Assembly: GCA_965199995.1 (NCBI GenBank)
Contig: OZ241328.1
Coordinates: forward strand, 716,627-780,626
DNA length: 64,000 bases
From: Dehalococcoidia bacterium
Lineage (GTDB): Bacteria; Chloroflexota; Dehalococcoidia; Lucifugimonadales; UBA3495
Direction: 5' to 3'
Part shown: positions 45,867-54,788 of the stretch, in pieces
Numbering within the stretch: the first letter of the stretch is position 1
How the letters are laid out: every line of letters begins with the position of its first letter
Notes under the pieces: model-generated
The model's database searches: none
Seen by the model: the letters and a program-made list of their open reading frames with translations, nothing else
What the model was told of the DNA's origin: nothing
Made by a program: the position numbers and the translations under genes

Positions 45867-46002
45867 ACTCACATCTCCAATACTCAAGGCGAAGGAATCG
45901 GGGCCGGAATGCCCCGGGTTGGCCGCCCCAAGAATACGTAGACAGGCCGCGCCCGTCAAGGAAAGGGTGCGGCCCTCTGAGGCTAGGTGCTGGCTAGAGC
46001 GT

Positions 46003-47520
46003 TTATTCGTTGCTACCGACTGCTTCGCGTAAGCCACCGACTTTTTCGTTCAGAACGGCGATATGCTCGGCTAGGTCACCACGAATTTTTTCGACCCGTT
46101 TGAGGATGTTGTCGCCGTTGTTCCTACCGTTGTTCCTAATGGTTGTAGCCCAAGTTGTAATTTGATTCAGATCTCCAGTATAGGACTCGATTCCGCGAAT
46201 GGCGTTCTCGATAGCGATAAAGTCCGCGCCCACTTTGCCGCTGTGCACTTTGGTGCGGACTGAGAGGGCTTTGGCGACCGACAGACCGGCATTGAGAACC
46301 ACATCGCTGGCAGGGTCTTCCGCATTCCAGACTACCACTATGTCATTGCCATTTCGACTGAACGGTTCAACCGTATTCTTGACAGTACGAGCAGAGAAAA
46401 CGAACAACCCGACACCTGCCTCCCTGTTCTCTCTTGCCTCTTTCAGTTCTGATAAGGCCTTGCTGAATGTGCAAGATTTATCTTGCTTCGTTTCGACGAC
46501 GATTCTCGATCCAGCCGCTACGTTGTCCGCGCCGAGTTCAATAACGGCGTCGCCTACCTTGCTGTTCCTGATTCTGCCCTGTGTGTCGCTGGTGTTGGTA
46601 ACTGCATCGCCCGACTTTTGGCTCCACTCTTCTATAAAATCGAAAACATCGTCCTCAAAAACCTTGCCGTGGTGAGTGCCACGCTGCGCTTCTTGCCTGC
46701 GGGCGGACAGCTCGGCAACTTTCTCGAATATGGCAGTTTGAGCTTCTGAATACGCTTTCTTTTGAGTTTTGAGGCCGTCGTCTAGTTTCTTTGTCATGTT
46801 CGTTACAAATTTTTCGACTGACTCTGTAATTTGGCCGTTGGAGGTCTCAACGCTGCGACCAGAGTGCTAAGGATGCCATTGGAATTTGTCAAAGAAATCT
46901 CGTTCCACACCCATTCCTGCTGGCTGGTAAACAGAGCGTTGCCGGACTGCTTGATTTGGGCAATCAGCCCTTCTGTTGGTTCGGGGTTAAGAGCTTTCCC
47001 CAACTGGCTCTCTTTGCCCAAGTAGGGTTCCATCGCTGCCGTCAGCATGGAGTTTCCGGTATCGAACCGGCTTTGGATGGTATCGGCTACCCCCCCAGGG
47101 GTTGCCGTCTTTCCCAACCAATCCCTGAATCCGCTGGTTGAGGTGCGCCTGTTGCCGGGTCGAGATATTATTTGAGTTCGCCTCTCATTCGCGCGGTTAC
47201 GTCGCTTACGTGTTTGCCAAAGGCGTGGCCCATTTCTGTGATGAGATGATTTTCTGCCTGCGGCACCTGGTTAGCGTCTATCCGGCTTGAGCCTGCCGCA
47301 AGGCGATGACGCAGATTTTCATTGCGGATATGGCGAAATCGTCCCGCTCCTTCCCTTCCGTGTATCCTGCCAATTCGCTACACAAATCGCTATCATTGAT
47401 GATTAGGTTCAGGTCGATGATGTCTGCGCCGTTAGGGTGAGCGCTGTTGGTCATTGTGCCATTGCTGGTTGCACCGTTCGTCGTCATATCATTCTCCACG
47501 TCGCCGCGGATAGCTACCAT
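46003..47520 (-). pseudogene. AT-richer islet: long coiled-coil/PD-(D/E)xK-like gene broken into at least 5 reading-frame segments (last segment 46003-46797 intact as a 264-aa ORF)
   Basis: Frames join sensibly across the breaks: ..ALRQAQA|RIDANQVPQAENHL..RGELK*YLDP..|..VADTIQSRFDTGNSML..ILSTLVAAL|SVETSNGQITESVEKFVTNMTKKLDDG.. The terminal ORF carries KVGDAVIEL...RIVVETKQDK (a D...ExK nuclease-like core). Confidence 0.5.
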
Positions 47521-47581
47521 ATATTGAATTCGGCAGTTTAAAGATTACATAATACAGTATATGCCAGAGGGGGTAAGAGCC

Positions 47582-48604
47582 ATGCGTATAGCGGTCATGG
47601 GCGCTGGCGGTGTTGGCGGATACTTGGGTGGGATGCTGGCGCGGGGCGGGCATGACGTGTCGTTGATTGCGCGGGGAGCGCACTTGGCGGCCATCCGGGA
47701 GTATGGGCTGCGCGTCGTGCGGGACAACGAAGACTTCACCGTGAACTGTGCCGCTACCGATAATCCGGCAGAGGTTGGGCTGGTGGAGGTGGCGCTGCTG
47801 ACTACCAAGACTTACCAGAACGCCGCCGCCGTCCCGGCGATGGTCCCTATGGTTGGCCCCGATACCACCGTTCTTTGCCTGCAGAACGGCATTGACAGCT
47901 ATCTGGCGCCGGCGGGAGCCTTCAGCGCGGAGCGCGTGATGCCCGGGGCGGTGTACATCGAGGTGGGACGGGACGGCCCCGGAGTGGTGCGGCAGGCTGG
48001 CGACGTGGTGCGAGTAGTGTTCGGGGAAACGGACGGGATGCTGTCGGACCGCGGGCGGGCCATCGCCGACGCCTTCAACGCCAGCGGGATTCCGGCGGAA
48101 CTGACCGGCGACATACGCGCCGGGCTGTGGTCGAAGTTCCTGTTCATCGCCACCATGGCCGGGGTGACGTCAATGGCCCGGAAGACCCTGGCGGAATTGA
48201 TGCCGCGCCCCGAATGGCGCGACGTGGTGGTGGGGTGTCTGCGGGAAGTGGAAGGGGCAGGCCGCGCCAACGGCGTGAATTTCCCTTCCGACGTGCACCA
48301 GACGACGCTGGCCTACATCGAAGACAACCTGGCCGACTTGCAAGCATCGATGCACACCGACGTTATGGCGGGCCACCCGTTGGAGCTGGAAGCGCTGAAC
48401 GGCGCGGTAGTCCGGGCTGGCCGGGCCGGCGGCGTTCCCACTCCTATCAACGGCGTTATCTATGCGATGCTGAAGCCGCTGGTTGATGGGGCGATGCTGA
48501 AGCCGCTGGTTGATGGGGCGATGCTGAAGCCGCTGGTTGATGGGGCGATGCTGAAGCCGCTGGTTGATGGGGATGGTTGTCTGAATCAGGATTTTCAGAA
48601 TTAA
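47582..48604 (+). CDS. panE: 2-dehydropantoate 2-reductase (ketopantoate reductase) with a repeat-expanded C-terminus
   Basis: MRIAVMGAGGVGGYLGGMLARGGHDV Rossmann N-terminus and a KPR-family C-terminal domain. ATG 47582 follows GAGGGGG. The ORF ends inside a repeat element. Confidence 0.8.
   Translation: MRIAVMGAGGVGGYLGGMLARGGHDVSLIARGAHLAAIREYGLRVVRDNEDFTVNCAATDNPAEVGLVEVALLTTKTYQNAAAVPAMVPMVGPDTTVLCLQNGIDSYLAPAGAFSAERVMPGAVYIEVGRDGPGVVRQAGDVVRVVFGETDGMLSDRGRAIADAFNASGIPAELTGDIRAGLWSKFLFIATMAGVTSMARKTLAELMPRPEWRDVVVGCLREVEGAGRANGVNFPSDVHQTTLAYIEDNLADLQASMHTDVMAGHPLELEALNGAVVRAGRAGGVPTPINGVIYAMLKPLVDGAMLKPLVDGAMLKPLVDGAMLKPLVDGDGCLNQDFQN
48464..48571 (+). repeat. Perfect 27-bp tandem repeat x4 (GCGATGCTGAAGCCGCTGGTTGATGGG) encoding (A)MLKPLVDG x4
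   Basis: Four identical units at 48464, 48491, 48518 and 48545; in frame within panE. Confidence 0.95.
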
Positions 48605-48650
48605 GGGATGTACTGGATGGAAGAGAAATCCTGAAAATCCTGATTCAGAC
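48579..48650. repeat. Inverted repeat element: 20-bp perfect arms GTCTGAATCAGGATTTTCAG / CTGAAAATCCTGATTCAGAC with a 32-nt loop
   Basis: Read directly. The left arm supplies the last panE codons and the stop lies in the loop. Same termini as 44621-44663. Confidence 0.85.
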
Positions 48651-48744
48651 GGCATACTTTGACACCGCCCTGTGCTGCTCTTAGCATACACTTGCTCTAG
48701 CCTCTCTCCCTGAGGGAGAGAGAACTTGTACTGAGGTTGTGACT

Positions 48745-49197
48745 ATGGAAGCGAGCATAATATCCCACGTCGCCATCTGCGTTCGGGATGTGGAACGGTC
48801 GCTGGGCTTCTACCGCGACATTCTGGGAATGACGGTGGACTTCGACCAGATTCAGGACACCACAACCGGCGGCCTGCCCAGCATATACAAGCACTCCCGC
48901 AACACCCGCAGAACCACCCACGTCCGCTATGGGCCGGGCAAGACCGCTCCGTCGCTGGTGTTGACGTGCCATCCCGGCGAGGAGCCTGACGGCGGCCCCA
49001 TCAAGCTAGACCAAGTGGGTATTAGCCACATCTCCTTTACCGTTCCCAACGTGAAGGCGCTGGCCGAAGAGCTGGTCAGCAAGGGCGTCGAGTTGGCCGC
49101 GCCACTGGAAGCCTTCACCGCCCCCGACGGACGGGTGAGCAGCATCTTCGTGTATGACCCGGACGGCATCCTGGTGCAGTTCGACGACCACGGTTAG
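48745..49197 (+). CDS. VOC family protein (glyoxalase/bleomycin resistance/dioxygenase fold)
   Basis: ISHVAICVRDVERSLGFYRDILGM and GISHISFTV..DPDGILVQF. Confidence 0.8.
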   Translation: MEASIISHVAICVRDVERSLGFYRDILGMTVDFDQIQDTTTGGLPSIYKHSRNTRRTTHVRYGPGKTAPSLVLTCHPGEEPDGGPIKLDQVGISHISFTVPNVKALAEELVSKGVELAAPLEAFTAPDGRVSSIFVYDPDGILVQFDDHG

Positions 49198-49272
49198 CCC
49201 CGGATGTTTTATTGACTTACGACCCTGGACATATACCCTTGTCAGGTATGCAAGCGGGAGGTATGCAAACTG

Positions 49273-49860
49273 ATGTCAGACGCCAATGAGCGGTTAAGCC
49301 ACGCCGACCGCCATGACTTGGACAAGCTGGTCCGCTGGAAGACGGGATTGGATACCGCTGCGAAGGGGGAAGCGACGGATTTCCCGGTTTGCGCCATATT
49401 CTTGGTGTCGCCGGAAGATCGCGCCTCTCACGACATCTTTCGCCAATACCGTTCCGCTTTTGAGGAGCTGGGCGGCGGCTTCCACCACTTAGTGATTTTC
49501 GGTCAGCACGGCGTATCCGCGACTCAGGAAGCCTTCCTGTCGGAAGTGGAGATGGAGCAAGCCAGCGTTCCGCTCTTGGTCATCGCTCCCATAGACTGGG
49601 ATAGGGCGGACGATGCGAGGGTATTCTGCCTGGACCTGCCCAAAGGAGACCGGGCGGACGAGCCGGATGCCTCTCAGAGTTGGGGAACCGTCCTAGGGCG
49701 GGTTCGCGTTGCAATGGCGGAGGATTCGCCGCTGGCCCTGGATAGGGTTGAAGGGATAAAGGCGGGTCTATTCCGTCGAGGGCCGCTTCCTGAAACTGTG
49801 GCCGCCGTTCAGTCAGATTTGGGCGGCGTTGGCTCTGGGTTCCCGCTTTCGCGGGAATGA
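49273..49860 (+). CDS. Hypothetical protein
   Basis: 195-aa ORF with genome-typical codon bias and no motif I recognise. The 3' end runs into the REP hairpin, so the native C-terminus is uncertain. Confidence 0.45.
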   Translation: MSDANERLSHADRHDLDKLVRWKTGLDTAAKGEATDFPVCAIFLVSPEDRASHDIFRQYRSAFEELGGGFHHLVIFGQHGVSATQEAFLSEVEMEQASVPLLVIAPIDWDRADDARVFCLDLPKGDRADEPDASQSWGTVLGRVRVAMAEDSPLALDRVEGIKAGLFRRGPLPETVAAVQSDLGGVGSGFPLSRE

Positions 49861-49913
49861 CGGTGGCCTACCGTGGGATGACGGTGGCCTACCGGGGGAT
49901 GACGGTGGCCTAC
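49838..49913. repeat. REP-like hairpin (TTCCCGC-TTTC-GCGGGAA) followed by a 21-bp tandem repeat x2.7 (ATGACGGTGGCCTACCGKGGG)
   Basis: Hairpin at 49840-49857; repeat units at 49857, 49878 and 49899 (partial). Lies between convergent genes and touches both stop codons. Confidence 0.85.
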
Positions 49914-50734
49914 AACGCGGCGGTGACAATCGCCCAGACGCCCCATCCGGCCAGCAGCACCCCGGTGCCCCGGCTGACCCACTCGCTCATGGGAGCCACC
50001 TTTTCCGCCAGAACGAAGGCGGCTAATGCGGCAATCCATACCAGGTTCATCACCCCCAAAACGAACAATAGCAGCATCAGCGCCCAGCAGCAGCCCAAAC
50101 AATAGGCGCCGTGTTCCAGCCCCATTCGCAGTGCGCCCTGGTGTCCCTCTCGCCACGAGGTCATCAGGAAGCCCATGGGCGTGCGGCATTGCTTCAGGCA
50201 GGCGGTTTTCAGAGGACTCCACTGGAAAACTCCTGCGACCAGCAGCAACGCCCCGCCCAAGTAACCACTGGTGGATGCTCCCATCATCGAAGACAGCAGC
50301 GAGGTTTGGTGCAGGCCCCAATTCCCCAGAGTTGCCGCGACGGCGAAGGCGGCCCACACCACAATGTACCCAGCCAAGAAGATGCCGGTGGGAACATAGG
50401 GCGCTTCCCGCTCACGCCGCTTGCGGTTCACGACGGCGAACATCAGCAGCATGGGCGCGGCGGAAGGGGCCATCATCGCCACCATCATCACGGCCCACAT
50501 CCCGAACATCAGGCCAAAATCGGCCACGCTCCACGACCGCATATCGGCCATGGCCATACTCATGCCCATTCCGTCGCCCATGCCCATGCCGGTTTCGGCG
50601 AGATAGACGGTATAGGCCCAAGAGATGGCGGCGATGATGAGGATGGCGGCGATGACCACGGCCCGGTCGCGCCGGAGAATCTGCTCCAGAGCGGAAGGCG
50701 CGGTAGCGGCGGCGGGTTTAGGTTGAGCGGCCAC
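49910..50734 (-). CDS. DUF2182-family predicted metal-binding integral membrane protein
   Basis: 274 aa, GTG start; multi-TM; Met-rich GMGMGDGMGMSMAMADM; conserved C-terminal LEHGAYCLGCCWALM. Confidence 0.75.
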   Translation of the reverse strand: MAAQPKPAAATAPSALEQILRRDRAVVIAAILIIAAISWAYTVYLAETGMGMGDGMGMSMAMADMRSWSVADFGLMFGMWAVMMVAMMAPSAAPMLLMFAVVNRKRREREAPYVPTGIFLAGYIVVWAAFAVAATLGNWGLHQTSLLSSMMGASTSGYLGGALLLVAGVFQWSPLKTACLKQCRTPMGFLMTSWREGHQGALRMGLEHGAYCLGCCWALMLLLFVLGVMNLVWIAALAAFVLAEKVAPMSEWVSRGTGVLLAGWGVWAIVTAAL

Positions 50735-50840
50735 GGATAGGACTCCCTGCCTGGGACTGAATGCGGATTGCTCTGAATGTAACTTACAGCTTGACCCTAT
50801 GTCGAGTAGTGCTATAATTCACGCCGCAGGAGGTGGGCAA

Positions 50841-51716
50841 TTGGAAGCATTTGATTTCGTATCTCCGAAGAGTATCGACGAAGCAGTCTCGATACTGAAT
50901 GAACAAGGCGACCGGGCAAGAATGATAGCCGGCGGCACCGACATCCTGGTAATGATGCGGGCCGGGCGGCGTCTGGCTGACGTAGTGGTGGATGTGAAGG
51001 GTATCCCGGAACTCAATGAGATGACTCTTGTCGAGGATGGCGGGCTAACCCTCGGAGCGGCGGTGCCGTGTTATCGCATATACCAGGACGAGGCCGTAGC
51101 ATCGGCCTACCCGGGGTTGATTGACTCGGCGACGCTTATCGGCGGCATCCAGATTCAGGGCCGGGCCAGTATCGGCGGGAATCTGTGCAACGCTGCGCCC
51201 AGCGGCGACTCTATTCCGGCGGTCATCGCTCTGGGTGGAGTATGCAACATCGCCGGCCCCAATGGGTCTCGGCAGTTGCCGGCGGAAGACTTTTGCACCG
51301 CGCCGGGCCAAAATGCCCTCCAGCAGGGGGAGATGCTGGTATCCATATCGTTCCCTGGGCAGGCCGTCAATGCGGGCGCCAATTATCAGCGATTCATACC
51401 CCGCAACGAGATGGACATCGCTGTCGCAGGCGTAGGCAGCTCCGTCGTCTTGGATGAAGCGGGCCAGAACTTCGTGTCGGGCCGCGTATCTCTCGCTTCA
51501 GTGGCCCCTACCCCGGTATTCTCCCAGGCCGCCGGGGACAGCTTGGCCGGTAAACCCGTTTCCGATGAGGCCATTCGAGAGGCTTCCGAGTTGGCTATGG
51601 CCGACGCTAAACCCATCACCGATATGCGTGGCACTATCCGCCAGCGGATTCATCTCATCGGCGTTCTGACGCGCCGCACTCTCAATATCGCCGTAGAGCG
51701 GGCCAGGGGAGGATAA
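50841..51716 (+). CDS. Molybdenum hydroxylase FAD-binding subunit (CoxM/XdhB-like)
   Basis: FDFVSPKSIDEAVSIL, AGGTDILV, GGNLCNAAPSGD. TTG 50841 follows AGGAGGTG; the track start at 50799 is probably too long. Confidence 0.8.
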   Translation: MEAFDFVSPKSIDEAVSILNEQGDRARMIAGGTDILVMMRAGRRLADVVVDVKGIPELNEMTLVEDGGLTLGAAVPCYRIYQDEAVASAYPGLIDSATLIGGIQIQGRASIGGNLCNAAPSGDSIPAVIALGGVCNIAGPNGSRQLPAEDFCTAPGQNALQQGEMLVSISFPGQAVNAGANYQRFIPRNEMDIAVAGVGSSVVLDEAGQNFVSGRVSLASVAPTPVFSQAAGDSLAGKPVSDEAIREASELAMADAKPITDMRGTIRQRIHLIGVLTRRTLNIAVERARGG

Positions 51717-51719
51717 AGG

Positions 51720-52196
51720 ATGCCCGGAGTTGTTCACGTTCAGGCAAAGATAAATGGCGAGGACACCAACTTTCTCTGTGAGCCTCGCCAAAGCCTGCTG
51801 GAAGTGCTGAGGGACGTTCTCGGTATGACCGGCACCAAGGAAGGATGCAACGACGGCAACTGCGGCGCCTGCACAGTGATGCTGGACGGCCGCATCGTAG
51901 ACTCCTGTCTGGTTCTCGGCGTGGAGATTCAAGGCCGCGAAGTACAGACCATCGAGGGTATGGCTTCGCCGGGCGCCCTGCATCCCTTGCAGCAGTCCTT
52001 CCTGGAGAACGCCGCATTGCAGTGCGGCATCTGCACCCCCGGCTTTCTGATGGCATCGCGCGCCCTACTGGACGCCGAGCCGGACGCCGATGAGGGGCGG
52101 ATTCGCCACTGGCTGGCTGGCAACCTCTGCCGTTGCACCGGATACGATAAGATAGTCCGTGCGGTGTTGCAGGTAAGCACCAGTTCCGATAATTAG
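51720..52196 (+). CDS. Molybdenum hydroxylase [2Fe-2S] small subunit (CoxS-like)
   Basis: 158 aa; CNDGNCGACTV and CGICTPGF...CRCTGY cluster motifs. Confidence 0.9.
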   Translation: MPGVVHVQAKINGEDTNFLCEPRQSLLEVLRDVLGMTGTKEGCNDGNCGACTVMLDGRIVDSCLVLGVEIQGREVQTIEGMASPGALHPLQQSFLENAALQCGICTPGFLMASRALLDAEPDADEGRIRHWLAGNLCRCTGYDKIVRAVLQVSTSSDN

Positions 52197-52301
52197 CCGA
52201 CGGATTCCGTCGGCATTCCTAGGGCTCTCGAAGGCGGCTCTGAACTGGGCCGCCTTTCTGAGTATCCCTTTCTGAGGATCAATGAGTGAGGTGGATTAGC
52301 T

Positions 52302-54584
52302 GTGACTACTCCCAATCAAGTTCTTTCCGAGGTGGAATACAACATTGTCGGCAAGCGTCCTGTGCGGCCCGACGGAGTGGACAAGGTAACCGGCCGCGCT
52401 CAGTACGGCGCAGACATGAAGCTGAACGGACTGCTTCATGGCAAGGTGCTGCGCAGCCCGCATCCCCACGCCCGTATCCGCTCCATCGACACCGGCAAGG
52501 CCGAGGCCCTGCCCGGGGTCAGGGCCGTCGTAACGGCCAAGGACCTTCCTTTCGCCTCCCGCAGCAAAGAAGAGATGGGCGGCGACTATGGCAGGCTCAA
52601 GTTCGCCTCCGACCATATGCTGGCCAGCGACAAGGCCCTCTTTAAGGGCCATGCCGTCGCCGCAGTCGCGGCTGTCAACGCTCACGTGGCCGAGTCAGCC
52701 CTGGCCCTGATTGAAGTTGACTACGAAGTCCTGCCGGCCGTGGTTGATGTCCGTGAGGGCATGCAGGAAGGCGCTCCCCTGTTGCACGAAGAACTGCGCA
52801 CTTCCGCCATGGGCGAGATATCCGACAAGCCCAGCAACGTGGCGTCCCACCTTACCTATGAGAAAGGAGACACCGAGAAAGGCTTTGCCGAGGCCGACGT
52901 GATTGTGGAGCGCGAATACACCACCGCCTCGGTGCACCAGGGCTACATCGAACCGCACAACTCCACCGCCATGTGGAACGCCGACGGACAAGTGAGCGTC
53001 TGGACCAGTACCCAAGGCTCTTTCGCCGTGCGCGCCGCCGTGGCCGATGTGCTACAAATGCCGGTGTCCAGAGTCAAAGTTACGCCCATGGAAATTGGCG
53101 GCGGATTCGGCGGCAAGATTACTGCCTACCTCGACGCCATCACCGCCGTCCTGTCCAAGAAGGCCGGTGCTCCGGTCAAGCAGGCTATGACCCGCGCTGA
53201 GGTTTTCGAGGCGTCCGGCCCGGCCCCGGGTTCGTGGATGAAGGTTAAGGTAGGAGCTAAGAACGACGGCCGTCTGACGGCGGTGCAGATGGAAGTGGCG
53301 ATGGACGCCGGAGCCTACCCCGGCTCGCCGGTGATGCAGGCCATCACCTGCGCCTTCGCCTGCTACGACGTGGAGAATGGCAAGGTTGATGGTTATGATG
53401 TGGTGGTCAACAAGCCCAAGACCGCTGCCTACCGCGCCCCAGGCTCGCCGCAGGCGGCCTTCGGGGTGGAGACGGCGATGGACGAGCTGTGCCGGGAACT
53501 TGGCATAGACCCCATTGAGTTTCGCTTGCTCAACGCCGCTAAGGAAGGGACTCGCCGCATCGAAGGGCCGGTAGCCAGGCGCATCGGCTATGTGGAATGC
53601 CTGGAGGCGGCCCGAGGCCATGATCACTACCAGGCGCCGGTGGAGGGCGAGAACCGGGGCCGCGGCGTGGCTGCCGGTTACTGGATGAACCGCGGGTTCC
53701 AGTCCAGTTGCGTGGTTACGGTCAACTTCGATGGCACCGTCAGCCTCATTATGGGTTCCGTGGACATCGGCGGTACCCGCGCTTCCATCGCCCAGCAGAC
53801 GGCTGAAACCCTCGGGATATCCTACGAAGACGTGAAGCCAACGGTGGTGGACACCGACTCCATTGGCTACACTATGGTGACCGGCGGCAGCCGCACATCC
53901 TTCGCCACCGGCATCGCCGCCATTGAGGCCGCCGAGGCGGTTAAGGCCCAGCTAGTGGCCCGAGCCGCCAAAATCTGGGACACCGCCGAAGATGACGTGG
54001 AATATGCCGACGGCGAGGTGCGACACAAGTCGGACCCTGAGCTGCGTCTTGGTTTCAAGGACTTGGCGCGCCAGCTCGCCACCACCGGCGGCGCCATCGC
54101 CGGACAGTCCAACGTCGATCCCGCCGGCGAGGGCAATTCCTATGCCGTGCATATTGCCGACGTGGAGGTTGACCCGGAGACCGGCAAGACCGGCATCACT
54201 CGCTACACAGCCATCCAAGACGCAGGTAAGGCCGTTCACCCCAGCTACGTCGAGGGGCAGATTCAGGGCGGGGTGGTTCAGGGCATCGGATGGGCGCTCA
54301 ACGAAGAGTATTACTTTGACAATAGCGGACGGATGATGAATCCGACGTTCCTGGACTATCGAATGCCCACTTCGCTCGACTTGCCGATGATAGACACAGT
54401 TATCGTGGAAGTTGCCAACCCGGGGCATCCCTACGGGGTGCGCGGCGTTGGCGAGGTGCCTATCGTGCCTCCCATGGCCGCCATCGCCAACGGCATTCAC
54501 GAGGCCACCGGCCATCGCCTTCGCAGCCTGCCTATGAGCCCCGGCAAGGTGCTGGAAGCGGAGTGGGAACAGAACGGCGGCTAG
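52302..54584 (+). CDS. Molybdenum hydroxylase large (molybdopterin-binding) subunit, xanthine dehydrogenase family
   Basis: 760 aa; RPDGVDKVTGRAQYGAD, QGYIEPH, GGGFGGK, AAYRAPGSPQ, GVGEVPIVPP. Confidence 0.85.
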   Translation: MTTPNQVLSEVEYNIVGKRPVRPDGVDKVTGRAQYGADMKLNGLLHGKVLRSPHPHARIRSIDTGKAEALPGVRAVVTAKDLPFASRSKEEMGGDYGRLKFASDHMLASDKALFKGHAVAAVAAVNAHVAESALALIEVDYEVLPAVVDVREGMQEGAPLLHEELRTSAMGEISDKPSNVASHLTYEKGDTEKGFAEADVIVEREYTTASVHQGYIEPHNSTAMWNADGQVSVWTSTQGSFAVRAAVADVLQMPVSRVKVTPMEIGGGFGGKITAYLDAITAVLSKKAGAPVKQAMTRAEVFEASGPAPGSWMKVKVGAKNDGRLTAVQMEVAMDAGAYPGSPVMQAITCAFACYDVENGKVDGYDVVVNKPKTAAYRAPGSPQAAFGVETAMDELCRELGIDPIEFRLLNAAKEGTRRIEGPVARRIGYVECLEAARGHDHYQAPVEGENRGRGVAAGYWMNRGFQSSCVVTVNFDGTVSLIMGSVDIGGTRASIAQQTAETLGISYEDVKPTVVDTDSIGYTMVTGGSRTSFATGIAAIEAAEAVKAQLVARAAKIWDTAEDDVEYADGEVRHKSDPELRLGFKDLARQLATTGGAIAGQSNVDPAGEGNSYAVHIADVEVDPETGKTGITRYTAIQDAGKAVHPSYVEGQIQGGVVQGIGWALNEEYYFDNSGRMMNPTFLDYRMPTSLDLPMIDTVIVEVANPGHPYGVRGVGEVPIVPPMAAIANGIHEATGHRLRSLPMSPGKVLEAEWEQNGG

Positions 54585-54609
54585 ATCCTTCAGCGGTTTA
54601 GCAGCGTCA

Positions 54610-54643
54610 GGGGCGGGGGTCTAACCCGCCCCGTTATTTTGTT
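54610..54643 (+). terminator. Rho-independent terminator after the Mo-hydroxylase large subunit
   Basis: GGGGCGGG GGTCTAA CCCGCCCC followed by GTTATTTTGTT. Confidence 0.7.
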
Positions 54644-54788
54644 GAAGCTCCATCAAAGAGAGTTGGATAAAGAGGATTGAATCGCCGCCCCTTGAATCCC
54701 AGCCCAGGGGAAGGTAAATTGAAATCAGCAGCCGGCCTTTAGATTTCCCGTAAAGACCACGACGAGAAGGCGTGCTAGGAGGGTGGCC

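Noticed and set aside
48464-48571. Possible CRISPR array (also 25843-25907 and 49857-49913)
   Set aside because: The units are directly abutting with no unique spacers, the unit lengths are 15-27 bp, and there are no cas genes. These are simple tandem repeats.
52302-54584. Aerobic CO dehydrogenase large subunit (CoxL)
   Set aside because: The active-site loop reads AAYRAPG and lacks the VAYRCSFR (form I) or AYRGAGR (form II) signatures. I call it only a xanthine-dehydrogenase-family Mo-hydroxylase.
54644-54788. Moco riboswitch upstream of the MoaD-like gene
   Set aside because: The context is plausible, but I could not recognise the conserved Moco motif helices by eye. Left unclaimed pending cmscan.
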